38,796 nt of DNA from Halorussus marinus. GTDB taxonomy: Archaea; Halobacteriota; Halobacteria; Halobacteriales; Haladaptataceae. Position 1 is the first letter of the stretch. Each line of letters opens with the position of its first letter. The notes beneath the pieces are model-generated. The model was not told the origin of the DNA, made no database searches, and saw only the letters and a program-made list of their open reading frames with translations. The DNA lies in NCBI RefSeq assembly GCF_004765795.1, contig NZ_SBIV01000014.1, positions 1 through 38,796 of the forward strand, read 5' to 3'. Made by a program: the position numbers and the translations under genes. This document shows, one piece after another, positions 1-9,884 of this stretch.

Positions 1-126
1 TTTGAGCAACCGGTACAACCTCCCCGATGAAGCGGGAGATTTGCGTCATGGTCAACGGAACTCTCCCGCTTCAACTCCTTTGATTTAGCGGCCTACCTCT
101 CTGCCGTATGGCGATTCAACACAGCC
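1..126 (-). mobile_element. Left end of IS5-family (ISH9/ISH28-like) insertion sequence, partial; transposase starts at 49 on the minus strand and runs off the window
   Basis: 1-126 is the exact reverse complement of 38670-38795. Terminus GGCTGTGTTGAA. The ORF begins MTQISRFIGEVVPVAQ, which I recognise as the N-terminus of haloarchaeal ISH9-like IS5 transposases. Confidence 0.85.
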
Positions 127-137
127 CACTCAGGAGG

Positions 138-3100
138 ATGACTGAACAGACCCCGTCAGAAATCCCGTCAGTGGCTAACGGCGACGAGTACATCCGGATC
201 ACTCCCTCCCGGAGCGATCTCGCGCCGGAGACCGTAGTCCGTCAACTGGCCGGCCTCCACGGCCTTGACGCTGGCAACGACGGACTTCTCGCAAGTATCG
301 GTCCCTTCGGCGATCCGCCACCGGTGTTCGAGTTCCTCGCAGTGAGTGAGGGGGCAGACGAGCCGGTCGAGTTCTATTACGGGGCCGACCGCCGGTTAGA
401 TGCCTTCGAAGAACGCCTCCGGACGCTGTATCCTCCGACCGTCACGTTCGAGCGGGTCACCCTTGACTTGGAAACGAAGCTACTCCCATCGACAGCAGAC
501 CCGTCTCAGGACCACAGTGCCGGAGGTGACGATAGCCACGGAATGAACCCCAGGACAGCTGAGGAATTCTCCGGAGACCCGAATTCGGATTCAGAGCCCG
601 TGACTCTCTTCGATTCGACGGGGCAGGAACCGGTCGGTGATGGCGGAAGTGTGCTGTCGGAGAGCACTATGTCGCAGGACGAGGACGAAGTCTTGTTCGA
701 GGCCGATTCGAGTGACGAGTCCACAGCGGCTGGTCCGTCCGACTCCGAACTCGATGCCGATCACCAGCCGGCTCATACGCAACCGACCGTCGATGAGACG
801 ACCCCACTCGGAATCAGTTGGCACGGGCAGGCTACCCGGCGGGAAGACTGGATGACGACACTACCCCAATTCACGAATACGGAAGACGACGATGACGATC
901 ACGCTCGGGCCCCGCTCGCGTCACTCATCGATCAGCTGACCCGGGCCGAACACCCGATCGCGTTCCAGGTACTCTTTCAGCGGAAATCGGACTGGACGCA
1001 CGAGGCACGAGAGCGCCAGCGGAAGCTCCGTGAAGGCGAAGACCGGGTCGTCGACTGGTTCTTCGGAGAACTCCTCGGAAACACAGAGAACGAACCACAG
1101 AGTCCGTCGAACACCGGGCGACAGCGTCGGTATCTCGACATCGGTGGGCGAGAGCGGGTCGAGGCTATCGACGAGAAGGAGCCACAGCACACGTTCACGG
1201 TGAATATGCGGGCACTTTCGCTCGTGACCTCCGACCGACAACGAGAGCGGGTTGACCATCGTCTCGATGATATCGGGTCGGTATTCGATCACCTGAACGG
1301 ACCGCACTATCGGCTCCGACCGAAGCGCATCCGCCGTGGGCTTCGAAAGGGGCGGCGAGCCAAGAAGCACGCCGACCGGGTACTCAACGCTACGTTGGCT
1401 ACCAAGAGCGACTGGCGGAAGACCCGCCCCGATCTCGTCCTCGGGCCGGCTGAGTTGGCGAACTTCGTGGTCGTTCCGCCGGCAACTGACCTCACGACCG
1501 AGGGCGGGCGGGGGTCCGACGCCGAACCCGAGAGCCGGACGCCCCTGCCACTCCCGGCGCAGGACCACATGGATGCGTTCACGGACGCCGGGATGGCGAT
1601 CGGCCGCGGTCTTGGGGAAGACGGTACGCCCACGTCGGAGCCGATGCGGATTCCCCCGCATCTACTTCCGTTCCACGTCGGCCGGTTCGCGAAGAGCGGC
1701 GCCGGCAAATCGGTCGCGCTTGAAAACGACGCCCTCTCGCTGTACGACCAGACGAACGGGCCAGTGTTCATCATCGACTCCAAGGGCGGGAATTTCCCCG
1801 AGAACTATATGCGGGCTCACGCGAAGCGCTTCGGCACCGACGACCTCGAGGAGAACGTCCTCCACTTCTCGGTGCCCGACATCCTGCCTGGCTTCGCGTT
1901 CTTCGACATCACGCCGGCATTGGAGGACGGCGTCCGACGCGTCGACGCGATTCAGGACAAGGCCGACCACTACGAGGAGCTCATCAAGCTCGTGATGGGG
2001 CCGGAGCGGTACGAGGACGCCATCGCCTCGCCGACGCTCATCAAGTACCTCATCAAGGCGATGTACGACGAGGAGTACGGCCTCGAAAACGGACACTTCC
2101 GGCAGGATACAAACTACTTCACCCACGACCAGTTTGAGCAGGCGGTGACCCAGTTCCACGCCGCCGGGCCACCAGATTCGACACCCGAAGATGCACCGCG
2201 AGCCAGCGACCCGCAGGTCGCCGAGAAACTGGAGCGACACCTGCGCTCGAACCCGGCGACGTTCTCGAACGTCGTGAGCGGCATCAGCAACCGGATGGAC
2301 TACATCACGCAGGACGCCCATCTCCGGCGGATCTTCAACAATACCGAGTCACAGTTCGACTTCCGCGACCTCCTCGACGAGGACAAAGTAGTCATCTTCG
2401 ACCTCGGCGATCTCCGCGACGAGGCCGCCCGTGTGATGACCGGCGTCATTCTGACGCAGCTCTACGATGCTGTCAAGCGTCGCGACGGCGACGAGCTGGC
2501 CCGCAAGCCAGACGACTACGTGGCGAACCTGCTCATCGACGAAGCGTCGTCGGTCGTCGTCTCTGATACGCTGACGACGCTGCTCGAAAAGGGGCGGGAG
2601 TTCCGGCTATCCATCGAACTCGTGACGCAGTTCCCTGAGCAGATGAAGGAGGCCGGCAACCGCGAGGTCTACCTGAACGTCCTGAACAACATCGGCAGTC
2701 CGCTCGTCGGGAAGATCGCCGTCGACGCCGACATCGCCGAGGCACTCTCACACGAGGCAATGGATCCCGTCGAGTTCAAGAATCGGATCAGTTCCCTCCC
2801 GCGTGGCGAGTGGATCGCACAGCTCCCGAGCCCAGAGTTCGGCGAAACCGGCCCCGACCCGTTCAGTATCGAACCCCTTCCGATTCCACCCGGTCATCCC
2901 GATAGCGAGCAGCCACTGACCGGGACGCAAGAAGAGCGATTCCAAGACGCCTTGGACGCCGTCCACGAGCATACCCGCGAGGAGTACGGGGTCGCCGGCG
3001 GGACGACCGTGGAGAGCCGTGACGCTGCGACTGACGTCGCTCTGGAGAACGCGGATGACCTACCGTTGGAAGTCGCGATGGCCCGTGCGATTCGCGCCGT

Positions 3101-4508
3101 CCAGCTGTCGAACGACGTACGTGAGACGAACGGCTGGGTCTCCGTCGAGGACGTCGATGAGGAACTGCTCTCGCGCATCGAGGAAGACACCATCGAGGCG
3201 CAGGGCTACGAGACACTACCAGAAGTGAGGGAGGCGTCCTCGCTCATCGAGGTCGATCTCCCGGACGGTGGTTCGTCGGTGCAGTGTCGGCTCACAGACG
3301 AGGGTGAGCAAGCAGCCGCGCCCGACACGTCGACATCACCGACCGGCGGGGGCGAGCACCACGATGCAGTCCTTGAAACGGTCGAGCAATCCCTCGCAAC
3401 TGCGGGGTTCTCCGTGGAGGTCCTCGATCAGAACGGGGAGTCCCGCCCCGATGCCATCGCGACGCATCCGGATCTCGACCGGGAGCTCCAGGTGGAGGTC
3501 GAAACCACCACCCACGTCCGGCCGGCGAAGGTCCTCACGAACCTCCGGAAGGCCCAGGAACAGGAGCGAATCCCGCTGTTCGTCGTCGCAGACCACGACG
3601 ATCAGCCGGCTGACGAGATTGCCGACCGGCTTGCGAAAATCCTCAGCGAGCCGCGAAATCAGCTCTCCTCCGGGGAAACACGGCTGTATACGATGAACCA
3701 CAACGTCACATTCAACGGTGGTGCGCGAGCCGCGGATGGAGTGACGGCCGTCCGACCGGCCACTGGTGGTAGTCGCCACACCCGCTGGTTCGAGCGGGAC
3801 GGTGCGTTCGTCCTCGAGGATAGTGCCGGAGACCAGCACGCCCGGATCGACTCCTTCGACGCTGTGTCGAAAGATCAGTTCCCGGCGACGTACAGCTACG
3901 ACGCCGAGAGCGAGTCATACACCGTCTTTAGGCCGGGAGAACTTCCCGAGTCCTACGAGTCACGTGAGGCGTTCGAAGCGGATTGGGTACCTGTCAAGCG
4001 CCCGTTCGTGCCCAGTACCGACCTACCCGTTCCGGAGTACACGGATGATTCGTATGCGATAGGTGTCATCGAGGATGAGCAGAATCTCGAGCTCTACACT
4101 CGAGACTCTGACGCGACCAAAGACCTTGCTGGGCTCATTGAGGCGATCGAAAACAATGAACTCCATCTGGCAGGTGTGGAGCCAGACGAACCTGCCGATA
4201 AGCAATCTATGAAGCAGGAAGACCACGAGAACGATCCGTTCGGCATCCAAGCATTCGTCCGCGATAGCATCGTTAAATCCGGCGACGGGGTCGTCGCGGT
4301 CGCTGAGGTCTACGATGCGTACGAGCAATATGCGACGGCCGAGGAGTACGAGGTGAAGCCAAAAAACCGGTTCACACGTACGCTTCGCGACCACGTTGCG
4401 TTCGAGCGTGACAAGAAGTGGTTGGACGGTCAGACGCGACGCTGTTACGTCGGAATCGAGCTGGACGACGCCGGCGACCAGGAGGAACCGAATGATGCCA
4501 GTGCGTAG
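138..4508 (+). CDS. Large P-loop ATPase, type IV coupling protein (TraD/VirD4)/HerA-like, with C-terminal PD-(D/E)XK-like and winged-helix domains
   Basis: Walker A-like FAKSGAGKS (~1689-1712), IIDSKG, VIFDLG, Walker B LLIDEAS (~2529-2543), GREFRLSIELVTQ. ATG at 138 follows GGAGG; the track start at 108 lies inside the IS. Confidence 0.75.
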   Translation: MTEQTPSEIPSVANGDEYIRITPSRSDLAPETVVRQLAGLHGLDAGNDGLLASIGPFGDPPPVFEFLAVSEGADEPVEFYYGADRRLDAFEERLRTLYPPTVTFERVTLDLETKLLPSTADPSQDHSAGGDDSHGMNPRTAEEFSGDPNSDSEPVTLFDSTGQEPVGDGGSVLSESTMSQDEDEVLFEADSSDESTAAGPSDSELDADHQPAHTQPTVDETTPLGISWHGQATRREDWMTTLPQFTNTEDDDDDHARAPLASLIDQLTRAEHPIAFQVLFQRKSDWTHEARERQRKLREGEDRVVDWFFGELLGNTENEPQSPSNTGRQRRYLDIGGRERVEAIDEKEPQHTFTVNMRALSLVTSDRQRERVDHRLDDIGSVFDHLNGPHYRLRPKRIRRGLRKGRRAKKHADRVLNATLATKSDWRKTRPDLVLGPAELANFVVVPPATDLTTEGGRGSDAEPESRTPLPLPAQDHMDAFTDAGMAIGRGLGEDGTPTSEPMRIPPHLLPFHVGRFAKSGAGKSVALENDALSLYDQTNGPVFIIDSKGGNFPENYMRAHAKRFGTDDLEENVLHFSVPDILPGFAFFDITPALEDGVRRVDAIQDKADHYEELIKLVMGPERYEDAIASPTLIKYLIKAMYDEEYGLENGHFRQDTNYFTHDQFEQAVTQFHAAGPPDSTPEDAPRASDPQVAEKLERHLRSNPATFSNVVSGISNRMDYITQDAHLRRIFNNTESQFDFRDLLDEDKVVIFDLGDLRDEAARVMTGVILTQLYDAVKRRDGDELARKPDDYVANLLIDEASSVVVSDTLTTLLEKGREFRLSIELVTQFPEQMKEAGNREVYLNVLNNIGSPLVGKIAVDADIAEALSHEAMDPVEFKNRISSLPRGEWIAQLPSPEFGETGPDPFSIEPLPIPPGHPDSEQPLTGTQEERFQDALDAVHEHTREEYGVAGGTTVESRDAATDVALENADDLPLEVAMARAIRAVQLSNDVRETNGWVSVEDVDEELLSRIEEDTIEAQGYETLPEVREASSLIEVDLPDGGSSVQCRLTDEGEQAAAPDTSTSPTGGGEHHDAVLETVEQSLATAGFSVEVLDQNGESRPDAIATHPDLDRELQVEVETTTHVRPAKVLTNLRKAQEQERIPLFVVADHDDQPADEIADRLAKILSEPRNQLSSGETRLYTMNHNVTFNGGARAADGVTAVRPATGGSRHTRWFERDGAFVLEDSAGDQHARIDSFDAVSKDQFPATYSYDAESESYTVFRPGELPESYESREAFEADWVPVKRPFVPSTDLPVPEYTDDSYAIGVIEDEQNLELYTRDSDATKDLAGLIEAIENNELHLAGVEPDEPADKQSMKQEDHENDPFGIQAFVRDSIVKSGDGVVAVAEVYDAYEQYATAEEYEVKPKNRFTRTLRDHVAFERDKKWLDGQTRRCYVGIELDDAGDQEEPNDASA

Positions 4509-4547
4509 TCGTTTCGCTCCCGCTCAGGAGGTGCAGGAGCACACGAA

Positions 4548-6563
4548 ATGACGCTCTCCGAGGCAGCCATCCGCGAGCACTACCGTCGTGCCAAACCCAT
4601 CTACGAGGCGCTGGCGACTGTCAAGAACTATCCAACCATCGGGTTGAACGACTTCGTCGGATGGTACATCAAACGCGACCACGACGACGTCGAGGCGATT
4701 AAGGCCGGGTATCCGCAGCGCGGACGGGTTGCCCGCCTCGATCGTGACTACGACGAGATTCACGACCGCCTCAACCGGACCCTCTATGCCGTCACCACCT
4801 ACAAGACACCGACCGCCTTCCAACAGTGGGAACCCTGTCGCTACGACGAGTCTGAGGGGACGACCGTTTGGCAGGATGAGCCCCCAACCCCCGGGTATGC
4901 CGACCTCCGGGCAGTTCCCACCTGGGGCGATATTGACCTCGCCGACGACATCAAGCCGCAGCGAGGCGACCTGGATGGCGAGACGCGTGCCCTCGTCGAG
5001 CGTACCCTCGACGCCTACATCGACGAGTATGCAACGCTCTACGGCACGCGGAAGGCGGTGTATGCGCTGGACTCCGTCGGGGGCGCGTACGTCTTTGGGG
5101 CCCCGGAGGCCACACTACCAATTGCGGACCACTTCAATGACGATCCGGATGCGCTCGAACGGGTGTTCAACGAGTTCCTCGACCGCTCGAACGCATGGCT
5201 CCAGAAGGCAGAGGCCCGCGTGAACGAGCGCGTCGACGGCGCCGGCGACGTCATTCAGCCCGATTGGGTGAACAACAAGAACCGCCAGTACAAGCCGCCA
5301 CTCTCGATCCACGCCGACCACGATGCCGTCGTCACGCCCATCGCGACCGACAACGTCCGCTACGAACTCCGTCCGTTCGAGGGTGTCGACGACGCACTCC
5401 TCGAGCAGGCGGTCAGTTGGGCCGATGACCTCACGCGAGTCGAGCACACGGACTGCGTCGACTCGCTTGTCGCGACGCTCTGGCCGGACCTGTACGAGGA
5501 CCACGGGGGGTGGCAGGCCACGCTGGAGGAATGGGTGGAAGCGGAGCGTGAGCGGGAACGGGAGCGCCAGCGACAGCGTGAGGCAGCGCTCCAGCGACGC
5601 GAAGAGCGAATGGCAGAACTCGACGGTACCCTCGAAGGCCGTCCCGTTACGCCGTTCAAAGAGGACGTCTACGAGGCTGTCGAGGATATCGACATCACCG
5701 AGATTGCCCGTCACTACGCGAGCGATGCCTACGATACGGATCCGAACCAGCCGCGGCCGCAGTTCGACCCGTGCTGGCGCCACAGTGAGAGCGGGCAATC
5801 CTGTTTCGTCGACGAGCAGGCCAATACCTTCGGCGATTCGAAGGTTAACGCCGGGGGCGGGCCGGCGAAGCTGATGGCGCTCGCGACGGGGATTATCTCC
5901 GCCGCCGATGCGGACCTCGACGGGGAGGACTACTGGGCTGCCGTCGACGAACTGCGGAGCGCCGGCTACGACATTCCGGTGTGGGTTCCAGAGGCCGGAT
6001 CGGACCGCGTCGACGGCGGGACCTACGACCAGATGCCGTTCTGGGCCGTTCGGAAAGCGGCTGTCGCGCTCGAGATTTGTCCGGAGAATGCGTTCGTCGA
6101 TCGTGAGGGCGAGGAAGGAACCTACGAGGGATTCCCCGGGTACGAAACCTACAACGAGACGCTAGAAGCCATCGAAGACACGGACCTGAACCACGGGCGC
6201 GAGCGGGTCACGCCCGAGGAGAACGCAGCTGACGATGAATCGAAGTCACCCCCCGAATCTCCTACGAGTGACGATCGACCTGGTGACTTGGACCGGGCTC
6301 ACCTTCGCGAAAAGAACCGTCTGTTGACAGCGAAAATCAAGCGTCTCGAATCTGAACTGGAGGAGAAATCGGAGCAAATCGAGGGGCTGGAAACAAAGGT
6401 CAACCATCTCCAATCGGAGCTCGCTACCGTCCGCTCTGAACGTGATCGGCTAGAGGCTGCTCTCGAAGAACGTGAGTTCGAGCAAGAGCCAAATCAGGGA
6501 AACCAGGACGAGAATCGATCCCCACTTGACAGGGCGAGAAGGTTCATTTCATCCAATCGGTAG
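4548..6563 (+). CDS. Hypothetical protein, probable divergent archaeo-eukaryotic primase/prim-pol with C-terminal coiled coil
   Basis: SD-like GGAGGTG/CAGGAG upstream. WGDIDL (DxD), DSVGGAYV and DWVNNKNRQYKPPLSIH resemble AEP motifs. Heptad-rich C-terminus. Confidence 0.5.
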   Translation: MTLSEAAIREHYRRAKPIYEALATVKNYPTIGLNDFVGWYIKRDHDDVEAIKAGYPQRGRVARLDRDYDEIHDRLNRTLYAVTTYKTPTAFQQWEPCRYDESEGTTVWQDEPPTPGYADLRAVPTWGDIDLADDIKPQRGDLDGETRALVERTLDAYIDEYATLYGTRKAVYALDSVGGAYVFGAPEATLPIADHFNDDPDALERVFNEFLDRSNAWLQKAEARVNERVDGAGDVIQPDWVNNKNRQYKPPLSIHADHDAVVTPIATDNVRYELRPFEGVDDALLEQAVSWADDLTRVEHTDCVDSLVATLWPDLYEDHGGWQATLEEWVEAERERERERQRQREAALQRREERMAELDGTLEGRPVTPFKEDVYEAVEDIDITEIARHYASDAYDTDPNQPRPQFDPCWRHSESGQSCFVDEQANTFGDSKVNAGGGPAKLMALATGIISAADADLDGEDYWAAVDELRSAGYDIPVWVPEAGSDRVDGGTYDQMPFWAVRKAAVALEICPENAFVDREGEEGTYEGFPGYETYNETLEAIEDTDLNHGRERVTPEENAADDESKSPPESPTSDDRPGDLDRAHLREKNRLLTAKIKRLESELEEKSEQIEGLETKVNHLQSELATVRSERDRLEAALEEREFEQEPNQGNQDENRSPLDRARRFISSNR

Positions 6564-6606
6564 ACATCTCACTCACTCAGCATCAAATCTTAAACTACCT
6601 CAACAG

Positions 6607-8586
6607 TCACGTCTCCGGCGAATCCTCTCTATCAAACGCCCCCTCAGACACTGGGAAGATATCGATAACGTGCTTATCAAAGGTTCCCCACATAGTCTCG
6701 TGCCCGAAACGAATCCGATGACTAAACTCCGATTCAGCCTCCTCCCTATCAACCTCCGAACGCTGGAGCTCACCGACCGTCTCCCCATACCCTTCTCGCA
6801 GCTTATCAAGTAACTCATCAGGTGTATACTTCGTCGACTCAGGGTGTGTCCAGCGTACTTCCCCAGGAAAACGTTCCATATCATCCGCATCCTGAGATTC
6901 GCTCAAACCCATTATAGCACGGAGCTCGCCTAAATCCTCAGCGTGTGCCGGCTCATCCTCATCAACATCTACATCCGAGAAATCACCCTCCCAGACAGCA
7001 ACACCCACTAATGACCGCCGAACCTTTTCACCTCGCTCCTGAAGCTCAGAAAGAATCTCCTCTGCTGTATCAGAGTCCAAATCGGAATCCTTGTAGTCAT
7101 CGTACACCTCCCGATGCTTCTCCGTGATAAACTCCGGAAGAGGAATCCGAGTATCCGTCGCCAACCCCACACGTTTCACAAACTCGAGGATATCACGATC
7201 CTCGGGCTCAGGTAAATCGATACCTTCGAAAGGCTCCTCAAGCCGCTGCTGATACGTCTTATCCGAATCTGGGAATTCAAATTCTACCCTCCGGATATCA
7301 TCCTTATCCTGGATTTTGAGCATCTCAAAGTATTGCTCAACACTCAGATCATCAGGATCAACATTAAAATTGAACTGGCCTTCTCCGAATTCGTGGATAT
7401 CATCGGCAGTCTTCTCCCAATTAATCTCAACGTGGATTGGATGCTCAGGTGTAGGCTCCGAACCAAACTCTACCTCAAACTCCAGCGTGTCGCCGGCAAG
7501 AGACCAATTACCGATCCACTCTACTGTTGACTTTTCTGGAACCTGCAAATCCTCAATTACATCCGGCATTACATTTCTCGGCAATAGAATCCGAGAATCA
7601 GGATTAGCGATATGTATCAAATCATTCTCATCCTGGCCACCACCACCGGTGGACTTCCAGAAGCTGAGATTAATCTCTTCACCCTCATCTAAAGTCGCCA
7701 CATCATATGCCTGGGTATAGAGAGTATACACATCTTCGACGACATTCAGAGTCTTCTCTTCCAGAATCGATCGAGGAATAGTCAGCAGATACGGCTCACC
7801 ATCCTGTGAATCAGCAGAGTACTTACACAGGAACTGAATGACTTCATCATCGAGAACAATTCGATCATCGAGTAACTCGTCATTCCCGAGCTCAAACCCA
7901 GTACTGTCACCAACCGTAACCCGATTGCCGTGTTTAACGGCGTTGTACGCCTCTCGGAAATTCAAATAGAAGACAGCAATATTCTTGAGTTTATTTCTCA
8001 GATTCTCAATCGAATCCTCGACTAACAACTCCATCTCCATCGACTCAGGGATATCCTCACCCTCACCTTCGTGAATCTCTATATCAGCCAACCCAACATC
8101 AACTGGAACATCTTCCAGTTCTTCCTCTGAGAAACTAATCGCTCCCTCTCGCACCGCCTGATACCCAAAGATCAAACTCAGAACCTCATTCGAGTCAGCC
8201 TCAACATCTCGTTTATCAAGATACCCATCAAGTTCCTCCTCCAGAATAGCCTCAAAGAGTGGCCGTATATCTCCGCTTGAAGTCCGGATAATCTCATTAA
8301 TATAGGATTCCTTATTCAAAATGAGATATCTGAAATAGGATCCAAACTCCTCGATATACTGCATCGTTGCTCGGAAAAGATCCACGACCGAGTACACCTT
8401 TACAGTATCCCGCTGGTCCTCAGGTACCGCATCCAACCCTGCGTTGATTGTCCCTGCGATTTTACATATGTGAGCGTACGCTATCTCCGGGTCTTGACGA
8501 TCCTGAATAACCTCTTCGGGATCCTGAGTCTCTGAGTCAGAATAAAACTCGGTATACTCGAAGAAGCTTTTCTCATTTTCAGACAT
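6607..8586 (-). CDS. Acidic hypothetical protein, lower GC, possible HEPN-like defence protein
   Basis: 659-aa ORF, visibly more AT-rich than its flanks, TTTTATATA promoter-like tract upstream on the minus strand; FREAYNAVKHG motif. Confidence 0.7.
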   Translation of the reverse strand: MSENEKSFFEYTEFYSDSETQDPEEVIQDRQDPEIAYAHICKIAGTINAGLDAVPEDQRDTVKVYSVVDLFRATMQYIEEFGSYFRYLILNKESYINEIIRTSSGDIRPLFEAILEEELDGYLDKRDVEADSNEVLSLIFGYQAVREGAISFSEEELEDVPVDVGLADIEIHEGEGEDIPESMEMELLVEDSIENLRNKLKNIAVFYLNFREAYNAVKHGNRVTVGDSTGFELGNDELLDDRIVLDDEVIQFLCKYSADSQDGEPYLLTIPRSILEEKTLNVVEDVYTLYTQAYDVATLDEGEEINLSFWKSTGGGGQDENDLIHIANPDSRILLPRNVMPDVIEDLQVPEKSTVEWIGNWSLAGDTLEFEVEFGSEPTPEHPIHVEINWEKTADDIHEFGEGQFNFNVDPDDLSVEQYFEMLKIQDKDDIRRVEFEFPDSDKTYQQRLEEPFEGIDLPEPEDRDILEFVKRVGLATDTRIPLPEFITEKHREVYDDYKDSDLDSDTAEEILSELQERGEKVRRSLVGVAVWEGDFSDVDVDEDEPAHAEDLGELRAIMGLSESQDADDMERFPGEVRWTHPESTKYTPDELLDKLREGYGETVGELQRSEVDREEAESEFSHRIRFGHETMWGTFDKHVIDIFPVSEGAFDREDSPET

Positions 8587-8691
8587 ACTATACAGTATAT
8601 AAAAGAGGGTGAAAAGCGTTTGTCACCAGAATTTCTTTCACTTTCTTCAGAGTTCGACAGGGCCATTTCGGTTAAATCGTCCGAACAGTTA

Positions 8692-8879
8692 ACCTGACAC
8701 CAGCGACGACCTCCCCTAGACACCAGGTATGCTGAGAGTCGTGCTGAGTCAACAAATCGTAGGACGGCAGCACTAGACACCAGACTCACCGACGAGGGAG
8801 TTCCCGGACAGCCCCCGAAATCTGGTGTCAGGTATTGCTGTCTTGCGATTTGGAGGCGAATTGTGCCACTAGACAGCAG
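8692..8879. repeat. Cluster of five GACACCAG-type boxes (iteron/protein-binding-site like)
   Basis: ACCTGACACCAG 8692-8703, CTAGACACCAG 8716-8726, CACTAGACACCAG 8771-8783, inverted CTGGTGTCAGGT 8822-8833, CACTAGACAGCAG 8867-8879. Confidence 0.7.
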
Positions 8880-9055
8880 GAAAATCAACCGATATGTGGT
8901 GGGGGTGGCGGCCCAAAGTTATGTTCGCGGCCACCAGGGCCGAGATGCCAGGCCGCTGGCCAAGCGAGAGTAGGCTGCCACCCGGACGATGGCGTGGGGC
9001 GTGGAGGGTGAAGGAGCAGATCGACATCGTGACTGAGAATGGTGACTGTGGCGAC

Positions 9056-9103
9056 TGTTTATTGTGCCCCCGAGTGGGTGCGGGGCGGTTCCTGTGCTGC
9101 CCC
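9056..9103 (+). promoter_or_regulatory. Conserved-loop hairpin leader H1
   Basis: TGTTTATTG, GCCCC(CG), loop AGTGGGTG, CGGGGC; the 3' arm can instead pair with downstream CTGCCCC. ATG at 9112. Confidence 0.7.
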
Positions 9104-9111
9104 TGATTTGT

Positions 9112-9402
9112 ATGTCTGGTCCGGATAGATACGACGATACGGCAGACGATCACGAACGGTTCGAAGCGGAATTGCTCGCTCAGGATCGGGATGCGCGGTC
9201 ACCATCGACGGCGGATCTTGACGACGAGACGGCCCGCCAGCTGGTTCGAGAGCTACTCGATGCCGGGACAGTCACACCGGTCGTCGACCAGCGGCTCCTC
9301 GTTCACGAGCCCAGCAACACAGCGTTCGAATCGATGCAGCAGCTCGCCGTCTTCCACACAGGCTGGACGGCCGCCCGGGACGCCGGCGAGGGTGATGGGT
9401 GA
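9112..9402 (+). CDS. Hypothetical protein
   Basis: Acidic ORF from ATG 9112 (MSGPDRYDD...); TGATG-coupled to the next gene. Confidence 0.7.
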   Translation: MSGPDRYDDTADDHERFEAELLAQDRDARSPSTADLDDETARQLVRELLDAGTVTPVVDQRLLVHEPSNTAFESMQQLAVFHTGWTAARDAGEGDG

Positions 9403-9728
9403 TGCAGCAGACGCTGGCCGGCTGTGCCTTCTGCGAGGCTCCATCCGGGATAGAGACTGGGATCGCCTACACGTGGGGGAAGGAAGAGCGGGTCAACCAC
9501 CCGATTTGCGTCGACTGTGCGATCCAAGAGACGCCGGATCCCGATGATCGTGATCACTACGCCTGTGACAGCTGTGGCCTCGTCGTCAACGCGCTCGCAG
9601 CGCTCACACGGTTTCGAATCGAACTCGGCCATCTCGAAGGCCCGATACAGGTCTGTGCGCGGTGTAGTCCAGGCGGGCCAGCAACGTACTGGACACGCGA
9701 CCTCGAGGCACACATCGTCTCTGACTGA
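9402..9728 (+). CDS. Small Zn-finger protein (four CxxC)
   Basis: CAFC, CVDC, CDSC, CARC; start overlaps the upstream stop. Confidence 0.8.
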   Translation: MQQTLAGCAFCEAPSGIETGIAYTWGKEERVNHPICVDCAIQETPDPDDRDHYACDSCGLVVNALAALTRFRIELGHLEGPIQVCARCSPGGPATYWTRDLEAHIVSD

Positions 9729-9884
9729 CCCGCCGAGCGGTCGTCGACGCGAGTGGTACGGCGACCACTGCGGGAGGGTCACAGTTGTCCGTAGCTGTCC
9801 CACCCCGCGAACTCAGCAGCGCTGGTTGTGTCGCTGTCTCGTTGCTCCGCTATCTTCAACAGACGGGCGCTCCTCGGGATGACT

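Noticed and set aside
1..126. Terminal inverted repeats of a linear replicon or casposon
   Set aside because: The repeats contain an outward-running IS transposase start and one interrupts a gene; better explained by IS copies at contig breaks.
108..137. ORF-track start at 108
   Set aside because: It lies inside the IS end; ATG 138 has an SD.
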